This document shows, one piece after another, positions 38,300-48,850 of a DNA stretch of 64,000 nucleotides. This DNA comes from Antechinus flavipes. Its lineage: Eukaryota. The DNA lies in the NCBI RefSeq assembly GCF_016432865.1, contig NC_067400.1, positions 262,136,001-262,200,000 of the forward strand, in the 5' to 3' direction. The notes beneath the pieces are model-generated. The model saw nothing but the letters and a program-made list of their open reading frames with translations, ran no database searches and had not been told where the DNA came from. A program made the translations under genes and the position numbers. Each line of letters begins with the position of its first letter. Positions within the stretch are counted from its first letter, which is position 1.

Positions 38300-40500
38300 A
38301 AGAATCCTAAGAGAAACATCTGTGTGGTCCTTTACTCAGCCCAAACTACATAAAAAACACATCAAGAAGTCATAAATCCTGAAAAAGGAATCCTTCCAGA
38401 GAAGCTGGTAAGAACACATATAAATAGATGAAAAACCTACACAGCACTAGGAATTGAGAAACTTGAGGCAGATCCCTAACTGGAGAAGGGCAAGGTAGGG
38501 GAATAAACATTCATACAGAGCCTGTTGTGATACTTAGTGAGATCTTTATAAATATTTCATTTGATCTTCACAGTACCTGCAAAGTAGATGTTATTATGAT
38601 CCCTACTTTACATTCAAGGAAAGAGAGATTGACTTGCCCAGCATCACACAGAAAATGACTGGGGCTAGATTTGACTCTTGTTGGACTCCAGACCCAGCTC
38701 TTTATCCACTGTGCCATCTAGCCACCAGGGAAGCTATGGGAAGCCACCTAGCACCAAAGCTAGGAAAGCTCCCGAATGACAGAAGAGACAACTCTAAAAT
38801 TAGGAAAGTCCCACACAAGAATACTCATCACTCTGATCATGGAAGGTGGGTAAGGTGGAAGAAGATCATCACCTTGGTCAAAGAAGCCCTGGGTTGGGGG
38901 AAGACTGCACAGAACCTCAATCAAGGAAGGCTTAGGGAGAGACAGAGACCATAAAAGGCTCTGATAAAGGATATCTAACTGCAAACTCTCACTAGAAATA
39001 CTAAAGCCTTTCAGTACTCAAAGTACAAATACACTAACACCATCTAAGGCTATGTGAGGGAGTAGAACACGGTCCTGAGTATCGAATTCCAAGTCAATAA
39101 CTGACTATAGCAATATGAATAAACAAAAGACACTGAACACTATGAAGAAATGTAAATGAAGAATGAAACAAGAGTAAAATCCAGAAGAAGAAAGTAGAAC
39201 TCTAATTAGAGTCTCAGAGAAGAAAATAACCCGGCTATGGTGACTACAAGAGTAAAAGCAAGTGATTATAAGTGAAAGGAAAACTATGGAAGAAAAACTT
39301 GGAAAGAAAAAAGTGAATAACAGAAGGAATATTACCTAAGAAATGAACTCCCTGAAAATTAGAGTGAACTAAACATAATTCAATGATGAGGCAAGAAATA
39401 TTAGAGCAATATCAAAAAATTGAAAAAATAGAAGAAAATGGAAGATCTCTATTATTAAAAAAAACCCAACTCACCTGGAATACAGGTCTGGGAGAGGTGA
39501 TCCAAGAATCATCAAATTTCCTGAAATTCATAACCAAAAAAACAGGGATACCGTATTTTAAGATATTATAAATGAAGTTTATGTACGTGTGTATATATGT
39601 ACATGCATACACACATATATATATTTCTTATATATATATATGAATTGTAGGGAAAAGAGAAAGTAGAAAGAACTCATTGATGAATTGCTTAAAGAAATCC
39701 TGGAATGGAATTTCCCAGGAATGCTCTAGCCAAACTACAGAGGTTTCAGTTCAGTTCAGTTCAGAGTAAAAAATATATCACAAGCAACTATTTCAAATAA
39801 TAAGGAAATATAATCAGGATCACATAAGACTTGACAATGACAACTTAAAGGAAGAACAGATTTTGGAATATGAGATTCTAAAAAGCAAAAGAAAAAAGCT
39901 TATATGCAAAACAATTTTACAAACACACACATCCTCAAATTGGATATAATCTCAGGATAACAGAGATTTTTAATGTAAAAGAAGATATTCAAACTCCCTT
40001 GATTGAAAAATGTCAGAGTTGCATAGAAACTTTGAAATTCAAACACAGATTCAAGAGAAACCTAGAAAGAAAAATATAGGTAAGCAAATGGAAGAAGTTG
40101 TGTAATGTAATGTAAAGAATGACATATAATAGAATGAAAAAAAATCAAATACCTGTTTAGGACCAAAATGAACCATTATCTACCAACACAAATCCAGTAA
40201 AAGGATAAATAAGAAAAAAGTTCTAGACTTGAATAGAATCTTAGGAAAATTAGATTGACTTTTGTCAATCTTTTGTAAATAAAGTGCCACTTTTGTAAAT
40301 AAAGAATGTGCAAGGGTACAAAAATCAAATCAGCAAATTCAAAAAATCAGCAAAAATTCAAATTTATTGAGATCAATAAAGGATTCAGACTTAAATGGAA
40401 GCTGTATAATTTCATTCTAACCATTTGATATATTAAAGAATAATAAAAACAGTAGATAATAGAATAGAAACAGAATAGACTACAAGTCCAAAAGAGTGCT
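38300..40500 (+). mobile_element. Old L1 5' region/ORF1 remnant with nested MIR (~38500-38720)
   Basis: ORF 39383-39571 (KIEENGRSLL..KTQLTW) resembles marsupial ORF1. Confidence 0.65.
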
Positions 40501-40509
40501 GTTTAGGAC

Positions 40510-41302
40510 TCTGTGGAAGTAGAAAATTTTACTCATTGTCAGAATGTCGGCCTGATGGCAAAGTCATGTTCAATTCTTTTCAGAGCAGAAGTAATCCCAG
40601 TTAATACTGGGAGTACTTTACATGTTTGTTTGTTTGTTTTAATCTATTTATGGGAACCTCTGAGTCCTTTGCATCTCTTGTATTTTCAATAGGGAAGAAC
40701 AGAGAATTTCCTCTACTCAATATTTATTTATTATCTTGAGTGCCTGTACAGTAGTTGAGGTCACCATTATATAACCTGTTTGTAGATGCCTAGAAGTATA
40801 TTTGGAAATTTCTCAAAGTGAACTCTTTTGGGGAGGGGGGGGGATATGACTCTAAAGAGAAAGATTTATCTTTTACTGAAAAGCCTCATGTATGGATCTT
40901 GTGCATTTAAATTCAGAGCCTATTGGGATGCTGGTCCATGGATTATATGTATAAGTAATGTTCCTTTCTCTACTCATTATAATCCAAAAAACCTCATCAT
41001 TTGGATCTCTTTGAGACTCATATGACTCACAACAGGCCAATTTTGCTCTGGGGCTTTCCCCCTTTTCTACCTTATACTTACCTTATCTTATACCTACCTT
41101 CTTTTCCTATGTTTTCAATAATCCATGATTATTTTTCTTACTTGAATCACCGGCCAATTCCTAACATCTCCCTGACCTTGATGCAAAAGATGAGAAGCCA
41201 ACCAGCTATATCTGAATAAGAACCCACTCCCTTCTCTATAAAAACCATGGCTCTTGTCTGTCTTGGAGAGCTGCCCAGTTACCTTAAAATTTTATTATTG
41301 TT

Positions 41303-41340
<38 letters not shown>

Positions 41341-41520
41341 GCCCTTTATCAAGAAATTTGCTGTGAATTTTTTGATATTACTTCATATCTATGATACATT
41401 TTAGCAAAATATAATTCCCTGATTATCTCTTTTAATTGGATCTGGTTTTTTCATAATTAAACTTTGATTATCTATCTCTTCTTTGGGATAATTTATAACA
41501 CTGGCCCATTCCACTGGAAC
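40510..41520 (+). mobile_element. Probable LTR with internal (CA)n at 41307-41338
   Basis: TG start, CCAAT at ~41153, TATAAA at ~41237, LTR-like layout. Confidence 0.45.
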
Positions 41521-41639
41521 AGATAATTGAAATGAAAACTTGTATGGCCTGAACATGATTCAGCTGCTAGAATAACCCTACTTCCCCTAAAAATGCCTTT
41601 AATTGGTCAAAGTATTTTTCTTTAAGTGCAGCTCTGACC

Positions 41640-42740
41640 ATATGACTTTTTTTTTAAGTTATAGAGCTGTGATCATATAAAACATATAAAACATATTAGT
41701 CATATTGTGAAAGGAAACAACAACACAAACCAAGAAAAATAAAGTTGAAAAAAATTTGTTTTGATCTGCATTCAGACTGCTTTAGTTCTTTCAATGGAGG
41801 TGAATAGCATTTTTCTGTATAAAAGCTGTCAAGGGTTAAATTCTTTTTCAGTTTCTTGCTCATTCTGTCTATTAATCAAAGACAAACTATCAAAGAAACA
41901 GAAGGAAAAAAACCCTTGAATGGAGGCTGCTTTCTTTGGGGGAGGGGCAGGGTATTCGTGAGGCACGGGTCCTACTGTGCTATGGCACGTGCGCTCTGAG
42001 ATCCGAGCGCTCTGAGACACTGTGGGGGAGGGGTGGCCAGGTCCCGAGAGACTCCAGCTGTTTGGGGTTGTATTCTTCACTCCCGGTGTTTTTAGCTTCT
42101 CTGCTGGGCTGCTGACTTGCTGCCGGAGCAAAGTATCTAATCCTGTAGCGAAGCTCTCTCCGCAGAGACGGCTGCGATCACGCCCCACCCCCTCTCCGTT
42201 CTACTCGGCTCTGAGCTGCTTTCTGTGCTCTCGCTGCCGCTGCTGCCTGCAGACTGCTTCCGATTTAAATACCGTCCCCGCCCTCACGCAAAAACAGACC
42301 TTTCTTGACGAGTCTCAAGGATGGTTTCTCTTGGTAAGTAATTGTATGTTTTTTTTCAGTCGAGCATTAATTCAGAGGCATGAAATGAAATGGATAGTGA
42401 GAGAAAAACACGGAGGTTACACAGCAGTGTATTTCCTCTCCGCCATCTTGGCCGGAAGTCCCTGAATAGCATTTTTCATCATAACTCCTTCAGGTCTTAG
42501 ATTTTTATATTGCTGGGAATAGCTAAATCATTCACAGTTGATCATCATACAGTATTGATTTTACTGTATACAATGTTCTCTTGATTCTTTTTACTTTACT
42601 ATATAGGAGTTTATATACTTCTTCCCAGATTTGGAATTGAATCTGTTTTTGCTTTTGCTTTGTTTGAGATCATGCTGGCTATCCTTCCCTTTTTACTTCA
42701 ACTGAAGCATATTAGATTCTGCTCCAATTCTTTATTTTAT
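41640..42740 (-). mobile_element. Older L1 3'UTR/EN fragments hosting the young L1 5' insertion
   Basis: Antisense L1 3'UTR text continues across the TSD; EN-like segment at 42630-42740. Confidence 0.8.
41816..42462 (-). mobile_element. Young L1 5'UTR plus first 16 ORF1 codons, flanked by a 15-bp TSD
   Basis: Starts GGGACTTCCGGCCAAGATGGCGG (YY1 site), CpG-rich. ATG at 41863 gives MSKKLKKNLTLDSFYT. TGAATAGCATTTTTC at 41801-41815 and 42463-42477. Confidence 0.9.
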
Positions 42741-42828
42741 TTTTTATGGGTTTTTTATTAAAGCTTTTTATTTTCAAAACATATGCATGGATATTCAACG
42801 CTGACGCTTGCAAAATCTTGTGTTCCTG

Positions 42829-43686
42829 ATACATTGTTAGTGGAACTGAGAACAGATCCAATCATTCTGGAGAGCAGTTTGGAATTATGCTGAAAAAGTT
42901 ATCAAACTGTGCATACCCTTTGATCCAGCAATGTTTCAATTGGACTTATATCCCAAAGAGATCTTAAAGGTGGGAAAGGGACCCACATATGCAAAAATGT
43001 TTGTGGCAGCTCTTTGTGTAGTGGCAAGAAACCGGAAACTGAATGGATGCCCATCAATTGGAGAATGGCTGAATAAATTGTAGTATGAATGTTATGGAAT
43101 ATTATTGTTCTATAAGAAATGATTAGCAGGATGATTTCAGAGAGGCTTGGAAAGACTTACATGAACTGATGCTGAGTGAAAGAGTAGAACCAAGTGAATA
43201 TTATACACAGCAACAACAATACTATATGATGATCAATTCTGATGGATGTGGCTCTCTTCAACATTGAGAGGATTCAGGCCAGTTCAATGATCTTGTGATG
43301 AAGAAGGCTATCTGCATCCAGAAAGAGGACTATGGGAACTAAATGTGGATCACAACACAGCATTTTCACTCTTTTTGTTGTTGTTCACTTGCGTTTTATT
43401 TTATTTCTCGTTTTTTCCCTTTTTGATCTGATTTTTCTTGTGCAGCAAGATAACTGTATAAATATGTATACATATATTGGATTTTACATGTATTTCAACA
43501 TATTTAACATATATTGGACTACCTGCCAGCAAGGGGAGGGGTGAGGGAAGGAGGGGAAAAGTTGGAACAGAAGGTTTTGCATGGGTCATTGTGGGAAAAC
43601 GTTGGAAAATCAATGTTGGAAAAATTATCCATGCATATACTTTGTAGATAAAAAGCTTTAATAAAAACAACAACAACAACAAAAAC
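42829..43686 (+). mobile_element. 5'-truncated L1 3' end
   Basis: ORF2 C-terminal motifs, 3'UTR, ..TAAAAAGCTTTAATAAAAA(CAA)n tail. Confidence 0.92.
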
Positions 43687-43689
43687 TGT

Positions 43690-44170
43690 GTTCTCCTGTG
43701 GCCTCAGTGACCAGGTCCCCTGTCCCCATGCAGCTGTGTAAGCACCTTCACTCCTCTTGGCTTTGTATCTGTAATTAGAACCCTTTTTCCCTTATGTACT
43801 GACCACCACAGCTCCTCTAAAACTAGAACTCCACTTTAGGACTGTGTGTGGGCAATGGAGCTATCCAACAGTGCCGGTTGTACCCAATGTCCTCTGTAAA
43901 CTTTTCCTAACCAGCTGCCCATCTCTTTCCACCAAGCTGCTGGTATTTTATCTGCTTTCATTCCTGCCACATTGAGTGCTCTGGAATAGTATCTACCCTT
44001 CAACACAAAACTCTATTGTGGATTCCTGTTTTCTTAGGTTGGAAAAAATGTATCACCTTGATCTTTTGTGTCTCTGTTACTCCAAATTGTATTTGAAACA
44101 TTATTTCTAAGTGGTTTGGAGGAAAATATTGAGATAGTTCAGCTGAGGTGCTCACTCTAATCTTGGCTCT
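43690..44170 (-). mobile_element. Old L1 5'-region remnant
   Basis: Similar in character to 57800-58270 and 10700-11030. Confidence 0.45.
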
Positions 44171-45419
44171 ATCCACAGTTCTAAAGAAGAAAAATCTATG
44201 ATCATCCCTGCCATTATTTAGGAGGAAAAATGGAAAATTAATGAAACCAAGTATGTCCAGTCTGAGGGTAATTTCTCTAACGAAATATGACTGATTTCTA
44301 TTGTTCTTTCTTCTGTAGCTTGGAGCCCTTATTCCTGGTTTTATTCTTTCCTTGTAATCTTTGCTCCTTTATTTCTATCTCTAGGCATTTCATCTTGGAC
44401 CTTGGTCTTTCTTTTGTGTGGATTAATATGCACCATAAAGTAATCTTATTGCTTTAAATATTATAAGCTTGGGAAAACCTCTATTGTGAAAGAAGCATTT
44501 TGTAGACTACTGGGTGATATATAGGAAGGCAGTGTGGTCTAGTAGGTTGAAAGACTTCCAGAGTTAGGAAGACTGAATTGAAAAACTCCCTCTGATACAT
44601 ACTGACTATATTAACTTGGACAAGTCAACTAATCTTTCAATGTCATAAGCTCCTTTTCATGGCTAAACATGGCAGAGCAGTTGACAATACGTATTCAAAG
44701 AGGAAATACTCCATACCAGGAAAATCACAAATCCAAAAAAAAAAAAAAAGAGTTTTATATAAATGTGAATTATTTTATTCTTATCAACATCATTATTAAT
44801 TGTGAATACCCAGGAATTATGTGACACTAATTTAAGTTTCAGGAATATTGTTCATGGAATGAAAGCACTTTTGTTTAAATATTGTCTGAAGTTTGCTAAC
44901 CTGATCATACCACTTCATTTTTTGTGCCTTCATTTCCTCATTTGTAAAATGGGAAAAGTAGTACTAATACTCTGGACAAAGATATGAAGAGGGTGCCTTT
45001 TTAAGCTTCAAAATGTTATTTAAACAAGAATGATCACAAAACATTTATCAGTTGATTAAGAAATTTCTATCTTTAAATCAATGAAAATATTTTTGTTTCT
45101 AATGCTGTCACAGTGGATCATTTTTCTTTTTTAAAGAAGAAAAAAAGTTATTTGAATATAAGTCACTTATCTTGCTGAGCTTTCATCTAGACCCAGACAG
45201 AGGAGCAGACAGCTGCACAAAATGGACAAGATGCCTTGACTTTTTCTGTTTTGTTCTTGAATCATTTGTTGGTTTTTTTTTTTTTAGCAGCAACTTCCTT
45301 ATTTTCATTTCCTCTATCTTCTTCCTGGATTTACTCACTCAGGCAGAGTTGAACAACTGACCTTTAAACATACAAGATAGAATAATGTATCTCTATATTA
45401 TGCACATAGAGATATATTA

Positions 45420-45548
45420 CCACCTATGGACATACACATATATACATGTACATTCATATACACTTATCTATAGGAATATATATATGTGTGTGTATGTGTG
45501 TGTGTGTATGCACACACACACACATACATACACACACACACATACACG
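45420..45548. repeat. Mixed (TA)/(TG)/(CA) microsatellite
   Basis: Direct reading. Confidence 0.9.
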
Positions 45549-46129
45549 TAAGGATTATCCACTGGTTATCCTATCCATTTTAAAGTAATTATTTTTGTTA
45601 GGTAAAAACACTTTTTTGATTGAATCAAATAATCAGAACAGAGTATCAATAGGGACTATACATGTCCTTGAATCAATCAAATCCATTTGTGGGAGACACC
45701 TGGGTGACAACTTAAGGGATTTGTACAAAAGAAAGAAGCTATCTCAGAACCAAATTAAGGACCAGTTCTGAGTGTTTGGATTTGAAAAGTTGGGGCAAGC
45801 ATGGCACTTTAGCACATGGGAAAGGGAAGCAGAAAGAGAAGACTAATATGTGTCACAGAAGGGAAATACTGACGATAGTCATTGGCTTCACAGATATGTC
45901 AAAGTAGAATATCCAGGCTGAGACAAATCCCCAAGAAAAGGTCATCGATTTTTCCCAACTACACCTTCTGATGCCTATCTATCACAGTCACTATGCTATA
46001 ATCTCACTACCTAAATATTTCTGAATTTTCCCTTAGAGACAAATAAAAATGTAATTTATATTTTCTGAATTTTCTGTAAACTGAATTTTCCATTAGAGAC
46101 AAATATAAATGTAAAGAAAAGCAGAAAAT

Positions 46130-47040
46130 TGATTAGAGAAATGCAAATTAAGACAAATCTCACTACTCATTTCTCAGACTGGCTAAGATGACAGGAAAAG
46201 GCAATGATGAATGTTGGAAGGGATGTGGGAAACCTGGGGCCCTAATACATTGTTGGTGGAGTTGTGAACTGACTTAACCATTCTAGAGAGCAATATGGAA
46301 CTATGCTCAAAAGGCTATCAAACTGTGCAAACCCATATCCAGCAGTATCTCTACTGGGTCTGTATCTCAAAGAGATCGTAAAAGAGGAAAAAGGACCCAC
46401 ATGTGCCAAAAAAAATGTTTGTAACAGTCCTTTTTGTAGTAGCAAGGAACTAGAAACTGAGTGGATCCCATCAGTTGAAGAACAGCTGAATAAGTTATGG
46501 TATAGGAATGCTATGGAATATGATTGTTCTATAAGAAATGATCAGCAGGATGATTTCAGAGAGGCCTAGAAAAACTTAGATGTACACGACAACAAATTAT
46601 ACATAAAATTATACAACCATTAATTCTAATGGATGTGGATCTCTTCAACAATGAGATGATTCAGACTAGTTCCAATGATCTTGTGATAAAGAGGGTTCCA
46701 TCTGTACCCTGAGAAGACTGTGGGAACTGAGTGGTGATGATAACATAGTATTTTCACCTTTTTTGTTGTTGTTTGCTTGCTTGTTTTTTTCTCTCATTTT
46801 ATTTTTCCTTTTTGATTTGATCGTTCTTGTGTAGCATGATAAATGTGGAAATAATGTATAAAAGAATTACACATATTTAATCTATATTGGATTACTTGCT
46901 GTCTAAGGGAGGGAAGGGTAGGGAGATAGGGAGAAAAATATGGAACACAAGGTTTTGCAAGAGTGTATGTTGAAAACTATCTTAGCATATGTTTTGAAAA
47001 ACAAAAAGCTATTATTTAAAAAAAAAAAAACAAAGAAAAG
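46130..47040 (+). mobile_element. 5'-truncated L1 3' end
   Basis: ORF 46303-46569 (AVSLLGLYLKEI) plus 3'UTR and A-tail. Confidence 0.92.
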
Positions 47041-48649
47041 AAAAGCAGAAAGCCCAACCTCTGCCAAAATGTTAGGAATTTCCCTTTCTAGGAGCTCTGA
47101 GTGATTATGACTGAATTCAGAATTTTTCATGCAAAATAAACTCCTTAAAGCAGAAGAGGAGGAAACCAAGTGGACATTAGGGACTTATGCTTAAAATGAG
47201 ATAATTATTGTAACTGAGTCTTAAAAATTTACTTTCTATCCCTTGTTAGAATCCTCAGAGAGAGTTCCAAGCCATGTATTCCAAACAAGAGTAGAAGCAA
47301 TAACTGCTTTCAAATAGATGTAGTCCCCGCTCTAGTCTAGAGAGAGATAAAGGCTTTCTCAAAGTTTTGAATTATCCCCAATAGACAAATCTTTTAGTAC
47401 CATACATGACCCAAGGTCACACAAATTAGGAGGAACTAACTACTTTGCCTTCATCACCCTTTCTCCCCTTTGCCATTGTCAGCAAATCAACTGATTGAAT
47501 TTGGTACTTTTGTCCATATTCTAATTTCTAGAAAGTTCTCCTGTGTTTTGGAAAACTTTAAACATTGCTTTTTCAAGTGTCTCCCCTAATGCCTTGCATT
47601 AAAGAGGATTTAAAAAGAACAGATGGCACAGTTCTTAAGAGACCCCTAAATCCTATGTAAAAACAGTCCCAAGAAATCTACTCAGTATCGTTCCCATGTA
47701 ATCTTCTTCAATGAGAGCTCAGATCTATAGGAACTGCAGGGTCTAGATGGAGATTATAATCACCTGCATTTATAAAATTATGCAACTTCACTTCCAAATG
47801 AAAAGTTGCAACATTTTATAATATTTATAATGGGTCACCACTTAATAAATTAGAAAAACATTTTAAATTGCTTTAACACCCAGAACATATTTATATCTGT
47901 CTCTGGTTGCTGAATGTATGCAGTTTATTGAATTTTCCTTATTCTGGTTTTCCTTGGGCTGTTAATTATACTTTTTTATACTTTTATTATGCTTATTGAT
48001 ATCCTTAAATACTTCCACTGGATCACTAGAAATCTACTTTCTGCCCCATTCAAGTGACTCTCAATATGTGGCCTGGAGCATGACTGTTACAAGATGCCAA
48101 CCTCCTGGATAAGGCTATTCAATTCCCCAAATTTCCCAATTAATGTACTATATTTCCTCTCATTTCATCTATCAGGTTTTTTGGTACATATCTGTCTGTT
48201 GTGCCAAATGTTCTGGGTGATACCTGACTTGGGCCAGTGAGATAGTTCAGATTCTAGAATGGAACAAAATGAAGCACTTGTAGACAATCTAGCATTTAAC
48301 AAAAAGATTCTTATTTAACACTGAATGCCATAAATATTTCTCAAGGAATTGTGTCCACAAGTCCCTTCACCTCTTCATTTGCCACACTGACAAGCAGGAG
48401 GAACCTGGATGGCTTGGGAACTAGTTTTTTTTTCCCCCCATACTTTAAATTATAGGGAAGCTACATTAACTGGTCGTGGTTTTCTGAACTGATTAAGTAT
48501 CTAAGACAATTTAATTTCCTTTTTAGACAAAATCTAGCTTATCCTCCATGGACTTGCTTGGAATGGAGAAAGTTGTAGATGGATATTGGAGAACACTTCC
48601 CAGATCCCTTATTTAAGGAAGGCAAGTAGGATCACTTGGTAATTTCCTA

Positions 48650-48850
48650 CCCTGATGCTCTCCTAAGACTTCATCATGTTTCCTTTTCTCCCTCCTCAGT
48701 CTCCCTACCTTTTCAGCTACTTTTACATGTTGTCTTCCCCTACTAGACTGTGAGCTCCTGGGGAACAGGAGCTCTTACTTTTTCTATATCCTTAGTGCTT
48801 AGCACAGTGCCTGGCATATAGTAGGAACTTAATGTTTATTGATTGACTGA
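48650..48850 (+). mobile_element. L2 3' end
   Basis: AGACTGTGAGCTCCTGGGG..CTTAGCACAGTGCCTGGCATATAGTAGG..TTAATGTTTATTGATTGACTGA. Confidence 0.8.

Noticed and set aside
46021-46114. Short direct repeat CTGAATTTTCC..TAGAGACAAAT..AAATGTAA (two copies)
   Set aside because: Simple local tandem duplication; two units only, not CRISPR-like.
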